A stretch of DNA of 64,000 nucleotides from Clostridia bacterium (lineage in GTDB: Bacteria; Bacillota; Peptococcia; Peptococcales; SKKY01). Positions 9,894 to 20,167 of the stretch are shown piece by piece. How positions within the stretch are numbered: position 1 is the stretch's first letter; each line of letters opens with the position of its first letter. Position numbers and translations under genes: made by a program. Location: contig RZYW01000001.1 in the NCBI GenBank assembly GCA_009930175.1, forward strand, positions 4,778-68,777. Reading direction: 5' to 3'. The notes beneath the pieces were generated by a model. The model was not told the origin of the DNA. It did not search any database and worked only from the letters and a program-made list of their open reading frames with translations.

Positions 9894-10199
9894 TTCTTCT
9901 TCTGTTTCTTCCTCAAAATCTTCTTCCTCATCTTCTGCTTCTTCATCATCAGTTATTACACTTCCAACTGCTGATTTTAACAATTCTACATTAACATTAT
10001 CAGCTATTTCTAAAATAACTGAGTCTTCCATAACCATTTTGATAGTTCCTTTAATTCCGCCGATAGTGGAAACAACGTCACCTGCAGCAAGTCCTTCCAT
10101 CATTCTTTTTCTGGATTCCATTTGTTTTTTCTGAGGTCTGATTAACAGAAAATACATAAATCCAAACATTGCTGCTAAAACAATAAAGTTTTGACTCAT
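9882..10199 (-). CDS. yajC: Preprotein translocase subunit YajC with a polyacidic C-terminal tail
   Basis: 105 aa with a single N-terminal TM segment, LIRPQKKQ and the GD.V.T.GGI.G motif. The tail is DDEEAEDEEEDFEEETEEE. Confidence 0.8.
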   Translation of the reverse strand: MSQNFIVLAAMFGFMYFLLIRPQKKQMESRKRMMEGLAAGDVVSTIGGIKGTIKMVMEDSVILEIADNVNVELLKSAVGSVITDDEEAEDEEEDFEEETEEEKSL

Positions 10200-10233
10200 T
10201 AAATAAAAACCTCCTTTTTATCATATTTATATT

Positions 10234-11355
<1,122 letters not shown>

Positions 11356-12381
11356 TTATTTAATAAACATTGCATCTCCAAAACTAAAAAATCTGTATTT
11401 TTCATTAACCGCTTCAGAATATGCTTTTAAAATATTTTCTCTTCCTGCCAAAGCAGAAACAAGCATTAATAGTGTTGATTTAGGTAAATGAAAATTTGTT
11501 ATTAAAGCATCAGTAGCCTTAAATTCATAACCTGGGTAAATAAAAATTTCCGTCCATCCTTCTTGTTTTACAACCTGTTTATTTGCAACTGCAGATTCCA
11601 GGGTCCTGGTACTGGTAGTTCCCACGGCAATAATTCTTTTACCCTTTTTTAATGCTTCATTTATTTTTGCAGTATTTTCATTGTCAATTGTAAAAAATTC
11701 TGCATGCATTTTATGTTCAAGAATATTTTCTGTGCTAACAGGGCGAAAAGTGCCTAAGCCTACGTGAAGAGTGACTTCGGCAATTTCAATATTCTTGCTT
11801 TTTATTTTATCAAATAGTTCTGGAGTAAAATGTAAACCCGCTGTGGGTGCTGCAACTGAACCCGTTGTTTTCGCATATACAGTTTGATACCTTTCGGGAT
11901 CTTGAATTTTCTCTTTAATATAAGGTGGTAACGGCACTTCTCCTACTTGAGAAATAGATTCCATAAATGAACCTTTATAAAAAAACTTAATAATTCTTCC
12001 ACCTGTATCTGTTCTTGAAATTACTTCTCCCGTAAACAAATTATTTCCAAAGTTTATAATCGTACCTTCTTTAACTTTTTTACCAGGGCGAACAAGACAT
12101 TCCCAACTATCATTTTCAGATGAAGGATGAAGAAGAAAGACTTCTACTTTGGCTCCTGTTTCTTTTTTAATACCCATTAATCTTGCAGGAAGTACTCTGG
12201 TACTGTTAATTACAAGAAAATCATTCTCATCTAAATAATCAACTATATCAGTAAACTTCTTATGCTCTGTATTGCCATTTACTTTATCTATTACTAAAAG
12301 TCTTGAATCATCTCTTTTCTCCAAAGGATGCTGAGCAATCAGCTCTTCTGGAAGAAAGTAATCAAAATCACTTGTTTTCAT
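11356..12381 (-). CDS. queA: S-adenosylmethionine:tRNA ribosyltransferase-isomerase
   Basis: 341 aa. The N-terminus [14 protein letters not shown] and the C-terminus [12 protein letters not shown] are typical of QueA. Confidence 0.95.
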   Translation of the reverse strand: MKTSDFDYFLPEELIAQHPLEKRDDSRLLVIDKVNGNTEHKKFTDIVDYLDENDFLVINSTRVLPARLMGIKKETGAKVEVFLLHPSSENDSWECLVRPGKKVKEGTIINFGNNLFTGEVISRTDTGGRIIKFFYKGSFMESISQVGEVPLPPYIKEKIQDPERYQTVYAKTTGSVAAPTAGLHFTPELFDKIKSKNIEIAEVTLHVGLGTFRPVSTENILEHKMHAEFFTIDNENTAKINEALKKGKRIIAVGTTSTRTLESAVANKQVVKQEGWTEIFIYPGYEFKATDALITNFHLPKSTLLMLVSALAGRENILKAYSEAVNEKYRFFSFGDAMFIK

Positions 12382-12383
12382 AT

Positions 12384-13379
12384 TTACTCCTCATCATAGG
12401 GAATATTTAAATGATCGTATGCTAATTTTGTACATACCCTTCCCCTGGGTGTTCTCTTAATAAAACCAAGCTGCAATAAAAATGGTTCATATACATCGCC
12501 AATAGTATCTGCATCTTCGCTTATTGTTGCACTTAAGGTGTCTAAACCAACAGGTCCTCCACTAAATTTATGGATTATCGCCTCAAGCATTTTTTTATCA
12601 AGCTGATCTAAACCAATTGGATCAATTTCCAGCATAGACAAGCCTTCTTTGGTTATTTCCAGATCTATCTGACCATTGGACTTAACCATAGCAAAATCCC
12701 TTATCCTTCTTAGAATACGGTTAGCAATTCTAGGAGTTCCCCTGGATCTTCTGGCAATTTCTATGGCTCCATCTTCACTAATAACTGTATTTAATACTCT
12801 GGAACTTCTTTTAACAATTTCAGTTAATTCACCTTCAGAATAATATTCTAAACGGGAAACAACTCCAAATCTTGCTCTAAGTGGAGATGTTAATAAACCT
12901 GCTCTGGTTGTAGCTCCAATTAAAGTAAATGGAGGAAGGTCAATTCTAAGGGAACGGGCACTTGGTCCTTTACCTATAATTATATCTAATGAAAAATCTT
13001 CCATAGCAGAATATAAAATTTCTTCAATCGTTTTGTTAAGTCTATGTACCTCATCAATAAAAAGAACATCATAGGGTTCGAGATTTGTTAAAATAGCCGC
13101 CAGATCCCCAGCCCTTTCCAAGGCAGGGCCTGATGTAATTTTTATACTGGAATTAATCTCATTGGCAATAATATTTGCAAGGGTAGTTTTCCCAAGTCCG
13201 GGAGGTCCATACAGAAGAACATGATCTAGAGCATCTCCTCTTAATTTTGCGGCTTCTATATATATTTTCATTAGTCCCTTAATTTTTTCCTGACCAATAT
13301 AGTCTTCTAAAAATTTTGGACGTATCTCTAAGTTTTCTTCATCCCTCTGTGTTCCCGGAGAAACAATTCTGTCTTCCAT
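12384..13379 (-). CDS. ruvB: Holliday junction branch-migration helicase RuvB
   Basis: 331 aa with Walker [12 protein letters not shown] and Walker B LFIDEVHR, in a ruvC-ruvA-ruvB arrangement. Confidence 0.95.
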   Translation of the reverse strand: MEDRIVSPGTQRDEENLEIRPKFLEDYIGQEKIKGLMKIYIEAAKLRGDALDHVLLYGPPGLGKTTLANIIANEINSSIKITSGPALERAGDLAAILTNLEPYDVLFIDEVHRLNKTIEEILYSAMEDFSLDIIIGKGPSARSLRIDLPPFTLIGATTRAGLLTSPLRARFGVVSRLEYYSEGELTEIVKRSSRVLNTVISEDGAIEIARRSRGTPRIANRILRRIRDFAMVKSNGQIDLEITKEGLSMLEIDPIGLDQLDKKMLEAIIHKFSGGPVGLDTLSATISEDADTIGDVYEPFLLQLGFIKRTPRGRVCTKLAYDHLNIPYDEE

Positions 13380-13388
13380 TTATTCCTC

Positions 13389-13994
13389 CTACCTTCCGGA
13401 TAAGATTTTTAATGCTGATTTTATAATTTCTTGTTCTGATAATTCTCTGTTATTTTCAAGTTCAGGTAGTATATGCAATATTTCTTTATTAGAGTATCCT
13501 AATGCTTCTAATGAATCAAATACAAAGGATAATTTATCTTTTTCCTGAGCTGAATATTTATTTTCAGTAATTTTTTGAGACCCAAAATTACCTCTTTTTA
13601 CAAGTTTCTCTTTTATATCCAAAATAATTCTTTGGGCAGTTTTTTTCCCAATACCAGGAAGTTTAATTAAAGTATTTATATCTTCATTAACTACTGCTTT
13701 ACTAAGAGTATTAATATCGAGAAAAGAAATTATCCCGATACTGCTTCTGGGACCAATACCTGAAACTTCATTCAAAATATTAAACATTTCCTTCTCTTCT
13801 TTTGTTAGAAATCCATAAAGATGCATTTCATTTTCTCTTACTACAAGTTCAGTAAATAATTCTATTTCTGAACCTTCTTTAATAAAAGAAATTTCTTTTT
13901 CAGGAACATAAACAGTGAAACCAACCTTATCAACTAAAACAAGAAGTGTTTTTTCATCTTTATCAACTAAAGTTCCTTTTAAATATCCAATCAT
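13389..13994 (-). CDS. ruvA: Holliday junction DNA helicase RuvA
   Basis: 201 aa with MIGYLKG... and HhH motifs (GIGPRSS, LPGIGKKTAQRI). Confidence 0.9.
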   Translation of the reverse strand: MIGYLKGTLVDKDEKTLLVLVDKVGFTVYVPEKEISFIKEGSEIELFTELVVRENEMHLYGFLTKEEKEMFNILNEVSGIGPRSSIGIISFLDINTLSKAVVNEDINTLIKLPGIGKKTAQRIILDIKEKLVKRGNFGSQKITENKYSAQEKDKLSFVFDSLEALGYSNKEILHILPELENNRELSEQEIIKSALKILSGR

Positions 13995-14488
13995 TATATA
14001 CCTCTTATTATTCTTTTTGTTGTATAGGACTGACTATGACAAATGGCAACTGCAAGAGCATCTGCAGCATCGTCTGGTTTAGGTATTTCTTCAAGGCATA
14101 AAATAGTTTTTACCATTTTTTGAACCTGCATTTTTTCTGCTCTACCATAACCTGCTACAGCCTGTTTAACCTGAATTGGTGTATAACCTTCCACAATAAG
14201 GTTATTTTGCTCTCCAGCAAGAAGAACAACCCCTCTGGAGTGTCCTACACTTAAAGCTGTTTTAGCATTAGTATTAAAAAATAATTCCTCAACAGCCAAG
14301 TGCCCTGGTTGGTATTCTTTTATTAAATTGCTTATTTCCCTATAAATTTTATCTAGTCTTTTAGATAAGGGCCAGGAACTTTCTGTATAAATACAGCCAT
14401 AATCAACTGCTTTTAAACGATTTCCTTCTTTATCTAAAATACTATATCCTGTTATTGCAGTTCCTGGATCAATTCCTAATATTCTCAT
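13994..14488 (-). CDS. ruvC: Crossover junction endodeoxyribonuclease RuvC
   Basis: 164 aa with MRILGIDPG and the catalytic acidic residues (E in VEELFF, DAADALA). Confidence 0.9.
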   Translation of the reverse strand: MRILGIDPGTAITGYSILDKEGNRLKAVDYGCIYTESSWPLSKRLDKIYREISNLIKEYQPGHLAVEELFFNTNAKTALSVGHSRGVVLLAGEQNNLIVEGYTPIQVKQAVAGYGRAEKMQVQKMVKTILCLEEIPKPDDAADALAVAICHSQSYTTKRIIRGI

Positions 14489-14560
14489 AATAAAATTCCT
14501 TTTTTACGAACATTCTTTCTTATATTATCTACTATTCAAGGAATTTTAGCAAAGGTTTTC

Positions 14561-15316
14561 TTATTCCAAGGCTTCCAAAATCTCTTCTGGTATTTCAACA
14601 TTTGAATAAAGATTTTGAACATCATCATGATCTTCCAATGTTTCAAGAAGCTTAATAACTTTTTTTGCCTGTTCAATATCTTCAACAACCACATTATTTT
14701 TTGGAATCATTGATAATGTTGCTTCTTTTATTTCTATACCATCATTAATTATTTCTTTTCTAACATTCTCAAGATTTTCAATCTGAACATATAGTTCATA
14801 AATATCTTCCTTTATTTTTAAATCATCTACACCTTTTTCAATAGCATAAAGTGTAAATTCTTCTTCATCCATTTTTACTTTTTCTTTTTCAATTTCTATA
14901 TAGCCAAGGCGGTCAAACATCCAGCTTACACAGCCTGTTTCCCCTAAGTTACCACCATTTTTATCTAGAATATGTCTTATTTCACCAGCAGTTCTGTTGC
15001 GGTTGTTAGTCATTAACTCCATTATTACTGCAGTTCCAGAGGGGCCATATCCTTCATAAACCATTTCTTCATAGTTTTCCCCTTCCATTCCTCCTGCACC
15101 TTTTTGAATCGCTCTTTTTATATTATCAGCAGGCATATTGCTTTCTCTGGCTTTTTCAATTGCAATTCTCAATCTGAAATTACCTTCTGGATTATCCCCG
15201 CCTAATTTTGCTGCAACCATAATTTCTTTTGATAACTTTGTAAAAACTTTGCCTCTGGCACTATCTACTTTTGCTTTTCTGTGTTTAGTAGTAGCCCATT
15301 TTGAATGTCCTGACAT
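14561..15316 (-). CDS. yebC: YebC/PmpR-family DNA-binding transcriptional regulator
   Basis: 251 aa. The N-terminus MSGHSKWATTKHRKA is diagnostic of this family. Confidence 0.9.
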   Translation of the reverse strand: MSGHSKWATTKHRKAKVDSARGKVFTKLSKEIMVAAKLGGDNPEGNFRLRIAIEKARESNMPADNIKRAIQKGAGGMEGENYEEMVYEGYGPSGTAVIMELMTNNRNRTAGEIRHILDKNGGNLGETGCVSWMFDRLGYIEIEKEKVKMDEEEFTLYAIEKGVDDLKIKEDIYELYVQIENLENVRKEIINDGIEIKEATLSMIPKNNVVVEDIEQAKKVIKLLETLEDHDDVQNLYSNVEIPEEILEALE

Positions 15317-15355
15317 TATTACTCCACCTTTACAAAAAATTTAAATAATTTATAA

Positions 15356-15775
15356 TTATGCAAAAAAAAGAGGCTTCTCAGCCTTTTTTTTACTTTCATC
15401 AGTTAGTGAATATAAAATATTTTTTAATTCTTCTAATGCAACATCGAAATCTTTACGAAAATCTTTTAATAAATATTCTTCACCTGTTTCAATATAAGTA
15501 ATAAGCTTTACATAGTTAGTGGATAATTTTTCAATTGATTCTGAAAGATCCTTATAATCCTTAGCTTTAATACTTAATTCGGTTACTTCACTCCATACTT
15601 TTCTGGCTTTTTTAATATCTTTATTTTGAATAGCCATATCAGTTTCTTTTACAAAATTATCTATCATAGAATCCATTTTTTCTTTATCAATTGTATTTTT
15701 GCTGGTACATCCGGTTAAAAATACGACAATTAATAATATAGCAATGATAAAGATACACTTCTTTTTAGCGTTCAT
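15356..15775 (-). CDS. Hypothetical lipoprotein (helical, charged)
   Basis: 139 aa with a signal peptide ending in the lipobox LTGC. I recognise no family. It has its own candidate promoter and terminator. Confidence 0.6.
   Translation of the reverse strand: MNAKKKCIFIIAILLIVVFLTGCTSKNTIDKEKMDSMIDNFVKETDMAIQNKDIKKARKVWSEVTELSIKAKDYKDLSESIEKLSTNYVKLITYIETGEEYLLKDFRKDFDVALEELKNILYSLTDESKKKAEKPLFFA
15362..15392 (-). terminator. Weak terminator-like hairpin in the last codons of the lipoprotein gene
   Basis: The stem AGGCU-gaga-AGCCU is flanked by an A8 run and a U8 run on the minus-strand RNA. The stem is short (5 bp plus A-U extension). Confidence 0.35.
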
Positions 15776-15808
15776 AATTCACACCTTTTGGACTAACTAT
15801 GTGAGATA

Positions 15809-15837
15809 ATTTTATATTCATTTGCAATTTTTGTCAA
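15809..15837 (-). promoter_or_regulatory. Candidate sigma-A promoter for the lipoprotein gene (and possibly yebC)
   Basis: The minus strand reads TTGACA - 17 nt - TAAAAT, about 30 nt upstream of the ATG at 15775. Confidence 0.55.
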
Positions 15838-15855
15838 ATTTGTTAACAAAGTCCT

Positions 15856-15890
15856 AAAAAAATCAGAACCTCCATTTAAGGAAGTTCTGA
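15856..15890 (-). terminator. Intrinsic terminator after the AGCS symporter gene
   Basis: The minus-strand RNA UCAGAACUUCC-uuaaau-GGAGGUUCUGA (11 bp, one G-U) is followed by U7. Confidence 0.7.
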
Positions 15891-15910
15891 CTAGGAATAT
15901 TAATACTTAA

Positions 15911-17266
15911 TTAATTTTCTTCTTTTGCCTTAATATTTTGCATATAATCTTTTGTTTCTTTTACTACAATTCCACTTAATCCAACAAGACCAATTAAGTT
16001 TGGAAGAGCCATAAGACCGTTCATTGTATCTGCAAGATCCCAAATAAACTGAAGTCCGCTTAATGCTCCAACCATAATAAATAATACAAAAGCTACTCTG
16101 TAGAATATTACTCCCTTTTCACCTACAAGATATTCAAGACACTTTTCCCCATAATATGACCAGCCAAGAATAGTTGAATATGCGAAGAAAATGATACCTA
16201 CTGCAACTATTAATCCACCGACACCAGGTAATGTATTGTTGAATGCTGTTGTAGTTAATGCAGCACCAGTGTAAGCTTCTCCAGTAGCAGGGTTAATTGT
16301 TCCAACAAGACCTGAAGTCAGAATTGCTAAAGCAGTGAATGAACATACAACTAATGTATCGATAAATGTTTGTGTCATACTTGCAAGTGCCTGTCTAACT
16401 GGGTGGTCTGTCTTTGCTGCTGCTGCTGCTATTGGAGCAGAACCAAGACCAGCTTCGTTAGAGAATACTCCACGGGCAACACCGTATCTAATAACTGTAC
16501 CTAAAGCACCACCAGCTACTGCATTTCCAGTAAAAGCATCTGAGAAAATTGATGCAAAAGCTGCTGGAACTAAAGCAGCATTCTTAATAATTACAACACT
16601 GCCACCTAAAACATAAAAAACTGCCATAATTGGAACTAAAAGAGCTGTAACTTTACCGATACTTTTAATTCCACCTAGTAATACTACTGCTGTAAAAATA
16701 ACAAGTAAAAGTCCTGTAACCCAGTGTTGCACACCAAAAGTTGTATATATTGCATCTGCAACTGAGTTTGCTTGTACCATGTTACCAATACCAAAAGCTG
16801 CCACAGCACCAAAAAAAGCAAAAAGAACTGCAAGCCATTTCATGCCAAGACCTTTTTCTATGTAGTACATAGGGCCTCCAGCCATTTCTCCTCTTTTATC
16901 TTTTACACGATATTTAACTGCAAGTACTGCTTCTGCATACTTAGTAGCCATACCAACAAGTCCAGTTACCCACATCCAGAAAACTGCCCCAGGTCCACCA
17001 GCTGCAATTGCTGTAGCAACACCGGCTATATTACCAGTACCAATTGTTGCAGCAAGAGCTGTAGTTAAAGCCTGATAGTTTGTAATGTCTCCCTCTGAAT
17101 CTTCATTTTTCTTGAAAATCATTTTGTGAGCATAGATCAAATTCGAAAACTGAAGTGCTTTTAACCTGAAAGTTAGCAGAACACCTGTACCAACCAATAA
17201 AATAAGCATTGGTGGTCCCCAAACAATACCGTTAATTGTACTGTTTAGATTTGTTATAAATTCCAA
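15911..17266 (-). CDS. Alanine/glycine:cation symporter (AGCS family)
   Basis: Multi-TM protein with AGCS-type motifs ([28 protein letters not shown]). The track start at 17353 is over-extended. A TTG at 17266 lies 7 nt downstream of AGGGAGG, and a TTGTTT-17-TATAAT promoter lies inside the extension. Confidence 0.85.
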   Translation of the reverse strand: MEFITNLNSTINGIVWGPPMLILLVGTGVLLTFRLKALQFSNLIYAHKMIFKKNEDSEGDITNYQALTTALAATIGTGNIAGVATAIAAGGPGAVFWMWVTGLVGMATKYAEAVLAVKYRVKDKRGEMAGGPMYYIEKGLGMKWLAVLFAFFGAVAAFGIGNMVQANSVADAIYTTFGVQHWVTGLLLVIFTAVVLLGGIKSIGKVTALLVPIMAVFYVLGGSVVIIKNAALVPAAFASIFSDAFTGNAVAGGALGTVIRYGVARGVFSNEAGLGSAPIAAAAAKTDHPVRQALASMTQTFIDTLVVCSFTALAILTSGLVGTINPATGEAYTGAALTTTAFNNTLPGVGGLIVAVGIIFFAYSTILGWSYYGEKCLEYLVGEKGVIFYRVAFVLFIMVGALSGLQFIWDLADTMNGLMALPNLIGLVGLSGIVVKETKDYMQNIKAKEEN

Positions 17267-17323
17267 AATAATTCCTCCCTTTTTTTGTAAATATGATTTT
17301 TTTGTTAAAACTTTTCTACTAAA

Positions 17324-17352
17324 AATTATATATTCTGAACATTTTGTAAACA
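17324..17352 (-). promoter_or_regulatory. Candidate sigma-A promoter for the AGCS symporter gene
   Basis: The minus strand reads TTGTTT - 17 nt - TATAAT, about 55 nt upstream of the proposed TTG start at 17266. Confidence 0.55.
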
Positions 17353-17360
17353 AGAACTTT

Positions 17361-17882
17361 TTATAATAATAGTGTATACAGTACTACACCAATAATTGTT
17401 TTCCCGTCTTTTATCTCACCTTTGGAAAGCATTTCCATTACTTTTTCTTTCTCAATCCATTCTGAAGTAAGATCTTCATCAACATCAAAGTTCTTTTTTC
17501 CCTTTTTAATTCCCCTTGCCCTATATAAATATATTTTTTCCGTGCAAAAGCCTGGAGTGGGATAAATTACCTGCATCAGCTCAATATTCTCTGCAATATA
17601 TCCAGTTTCTTCTTCAAGTTCCCTTTTTGCGCAGTCTAAATGGTCTTCTCCATCTTCAAGTTTTCCAGCAGGAATTTCAAGCAATATTTCTTCAAATGCT
17701 TTTCTGTATTGCTTAACAAAAAGAAATTTATTATCTTCAAAAACAACTATTGCTACAGCCCCCTTATGTTCAACAATTTCCCTCACGGACTCAACTCCCG
17801 TATCAAGGGAAACTTCAATTCTTTTAAGATTAAGAATCTTACCTTTATAAATTAGTTCTTCCTTTAAAGTTTTTTCATTCAT
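17361..17882 (-). CDS. NUDIX hydrolase (ADP-ribose pyrophosphatase-like)
   Basis: 173 aa with the Nudix box [23 protein letters not shown]. Confidence 0.75.
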   Translation of the reverse strand: MNEKTLKEELIYKGKILNLKRIEVSLDTGVESVREIVEHKGAVAIVVFEDNKFLFVKQYRKAFEEILLEIPAGKLEDGEDHLDCAKRELEEETGYIAENIELMQVIYPTPGFCTEKIYLYRARGIKKGKKNFDVDEDLTSEWIEKEKVMEMLSKGEIKDGKTIIGVVLYTLLL

Positions 17883-17886
17883 TATC

Positions 17887-18981
17887 TTAACCTCTCACTA
17901 TATTCAAAACAATTTCCATAACTTTAAATAAATCATCTTTTTTCATAAACTCATTTTTAGTATGAATGTTTTCGTAACCCATACCAAGAATAACTGAAGG
18001 AATCCCTTTTTGATTATAGACATTCCCATCACTTCCTCCACCTGCAGATTCAACTTTAGGTACCAGGCCACTTTTTTCAATGGCTTTTTTAGCAAGTTGA
18101 ATAACATGTTCTTCTTCGTTAATTTTAAAATTATCATATTCCTTTGAAAAGCTAAAATCCGGAACTCCTAAATTCTTTTCAGTTATTGTAATAAAAATAT
18201 TTTTTGTCTCATTTAGAAGTTTTTCTGCTTTTTCTTTATTATAACTTCTTATTTCACCTTTAATTATTACTTCTTCAGGAACAATATTAGTTGCAGATCC
18301 TCCAGATATTAAGCCAATATTTGCTGTTGTATCAAAATCAATTCTTCCCCCTGGGAGTTTTGTTATAACTTCTCCTGCAATTTTTATTGCATTTATTCCC
18401 TTTTCAGGTGCAATCCCTGCATGGGATGACTTACCTTTAATCTTACCTTCATAAGTATAATGTACTGGAGCCTCATTAATTATTATTCCAGGTTTACTGC
18501 TGCTATCTAAAATATATGCATAATCTGCAGTTATATTATCAACATTTTTTGCTCCTAGAAGACCAGTTTCTTCAGAAACAGAAAAAACAACTAATATTTC
18601 GCTAGTTTGAATATTTTCTTCCTTTATTTGTTTTATTATTTCTAATAAAATTGCAACTCCAGCTTTATCATCAGCCCCAAGAACAGTGTCTCCCGAAGAA
18701 GTTATTCTATCCATTTCAACGATTGGTTTAACATTTTTCCCTGGGACAACTGTGTCCATATGGGCAGATAGTAAAATTTTACCTGGTAAACTTCCTGGAA
18801 TTTTTATAATTATATTCCCAGTATTCCCACCTGTTTTTTTCCCAGCATTATCTTCTGAAGGATTAAGATCTATTTTTTTCAAATAATCTAATATATAGTC
18901 TGCAACTTCTCTTTCATTCCCTGATTCAGAATCTCTTTTACAAAGTTCAACAAAAGTTTCTATAAGTCTCTCTTTATTCAT
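17887..18981 (-). CDS. M20-family metallopeptidase (tripeptidase/PepT-like)
   Basis: Has the motifs SAHMDTV, GADDKAGVA and SEETG. The likely start is the ATG at 18981 (MNKERL), preceded by GGAGG. The track start at 19011 has no RBS. Confidence 0.75.
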   Translation of the reverse strand: MNKERLIETFVELCKRDSESGNEREVADYILDYLKKIDLNPSEDNAGKKTGGNTGNIIIKIPGSLPGKILLSAHMDTVVPGKNVKPIVEMDRITSSGDTVLGADDKAGVAILLEIIKQIKEENIQTSEILVVFSVSEETGLLGAKNVDNITADYAYILDSSSKPGIIINEAPVHYTYEGKIKGKSSHAGIAPEKGINAIKIAGEVITKLPGGRIDFDTTANIGLISGGSATNIVPEEVIIKGEIRSYNKEKAEKLLNETKNIFITITEKNLGVPDFSFSKEYDNFKINEEEHVIQLAKKAIEKSGLVPKVESAGGGSDGNVYNQKGIPSVILGMGYENIHTKNEFMKKDDLFKVMEIVLNIVRG

Positions 18982-19009
18982 GTTTTTTCCTCCTTTTGGA
19001 AATTGATAC

Positions 19010-19040
19010 AAAAAAACAGCTGGAAAAATTATCCAGCTGT
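19010..19040 (-). terminator. Intrinsic terminator after ilvE
   Basis: The minus-strand RNA ACAGCUGGA-uaauuuu-UCCAGCUGU (9 bp) is followed by U6-7. It begins 6 nt after the ilvE stop. Confidence 0.7.
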
Positions 19041-19046
19041 GAAATT

Positions 19047-20105
19047 TTACAATTCAACAGTCCATCCAAAATCATCTTCAACATCACCATATTGAACTCC
19101 GGTAATATAGTCATATACTTTCATAACAAGACTATCTGAAGAATAATCAGGAACTTTAATTATTTCATCTTTATATTTTAATTCGGAAACTGGAGATATT
19201 ACTGCTGCTGTACCCATACCAAAAATTTCATTAAGACTTCCATCTTTACCAGCCTGGATTAATTCTTGTATACTAATACGCCTTTCTTCAACAGAGATTC
19301 CCCACTTTTTCAATACTTTTATAACAGAATCTCTAGTAATTCCAGCAAGAATACTTCCATCAAGAGATGGAGTTACAAAGGTTCCATTAATTACGAAACC
19401 AATATTCATAGTTCCAACTTCTTCAACATATTTTTTTTCAACACCATCAAGCCAAAGAACCTGAGTATATCCAAGTTTCTTAGCTTTTTCTCCAGCAAGA
19501 AGACTTGCAGCATAGTTAGCCATTGTTTTAGCTTCTCCAAGGCCACCAATTACAGCTCTTACATGATGTTCTTCAACCATTATTTTTACTGGTTTCAAGC
19601 CACTTGCATAATATGGTCCAACTGGTGAACAAATAATAAAAAACTTATATGTTTTTGAAGGTTTAATTCCTAAAAATGGCTCTGTAGCGATAATGAATGG
19701 TCTTATATATAAAGATTCCCCATGCTTTTCAGGGATCCATTTTCTGTCAACTTCAAGAAGTTTAACTAAACCTTGATAAGCTAATTCCGGGTCAATTTCT
19801 GGGATACATACTTTATCGGCAGACCTGTTTAATCTATTAAAGTTTTCCATAGGCCTGAAAAGATTGATTTTTCCATTCTTATTATAATATGCTTTCATAC
19901 CTTCAAAAATACCTTGCCCGTAATGAAGGGTACAACAAGCAGGATCCATCGGAATTGGTTCGTAGGGCATAATGACAGGGTCATGCCAGCCTTTACCTTC
20001 GGTGTAGTCCACCACAAACATATGATCTGTAAAGTAAGATCCAAATGATAATTCACCTTCTGGCTTCTTTTTAAGCTCTTGTTTTAGCTTAAGCTGGATT
20101 TCCAT
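19047..20105 (-). CDS. ilvE: Branched-chain amino acid aminotransferase
   Basis: 352 aa class-IV aminotransferase, long IlvE form (HYGQGIFEGMKAY, EEVGTMN, GITR). Confidence 0.9.
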   Translation of the reverse strand: MEIQLKLKQELKKKPEGELSFGSYFTDHMFVVDYTEGKGWHDPVIMPYEPIPMDPACCTLHYGQGIFEGMKAYYNKNGKINLFRPMENFNRLNRSADKVCIPEIDPELAYQGLVKLLEVDRKWIPEKHGESLYIRPFIIATEPFLGIKPSKTYKFFIICSPVGPYYASGLKPVKIMVEEHHVRAVIGGLGEAKTMANYAASLLAGEKAKKLGYTQVLWLDGVEKKYVEEVGTMNIGFVINGTFVTPSLDGSILAGITRDSVIKVLKKWGISVEERRISIQELIQAGKDGSLNEIFGMGTAAVISPVSELKYKDEIIKVPDYSSDSLVMKVYDYITGVQYGDVEDDFGWTVEL

Positions 20106-20167
20106 TTTAATTCCCCCAATTAATTGTTATAGATTTGCGTAAAAAACTTTCTATTATTATATAACAA

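Noticed and set aside
17267-17360. Possible glycine or amino-acid riboswitch upstream of the alanine/glycine symporter
   Set aside because: The leader is only about 55 nt, is AT-rich, and lacks any evident conserved stem architecture.
19814-19850. GCCGATAA (sigma-D -10-like) inside ilvE
   Set aside because: The -35 position reads TAAT rather than TAAA. The site is in the middle of a metabolic gene, and the downstream genes are not motility-related. It is most likely a chance match.
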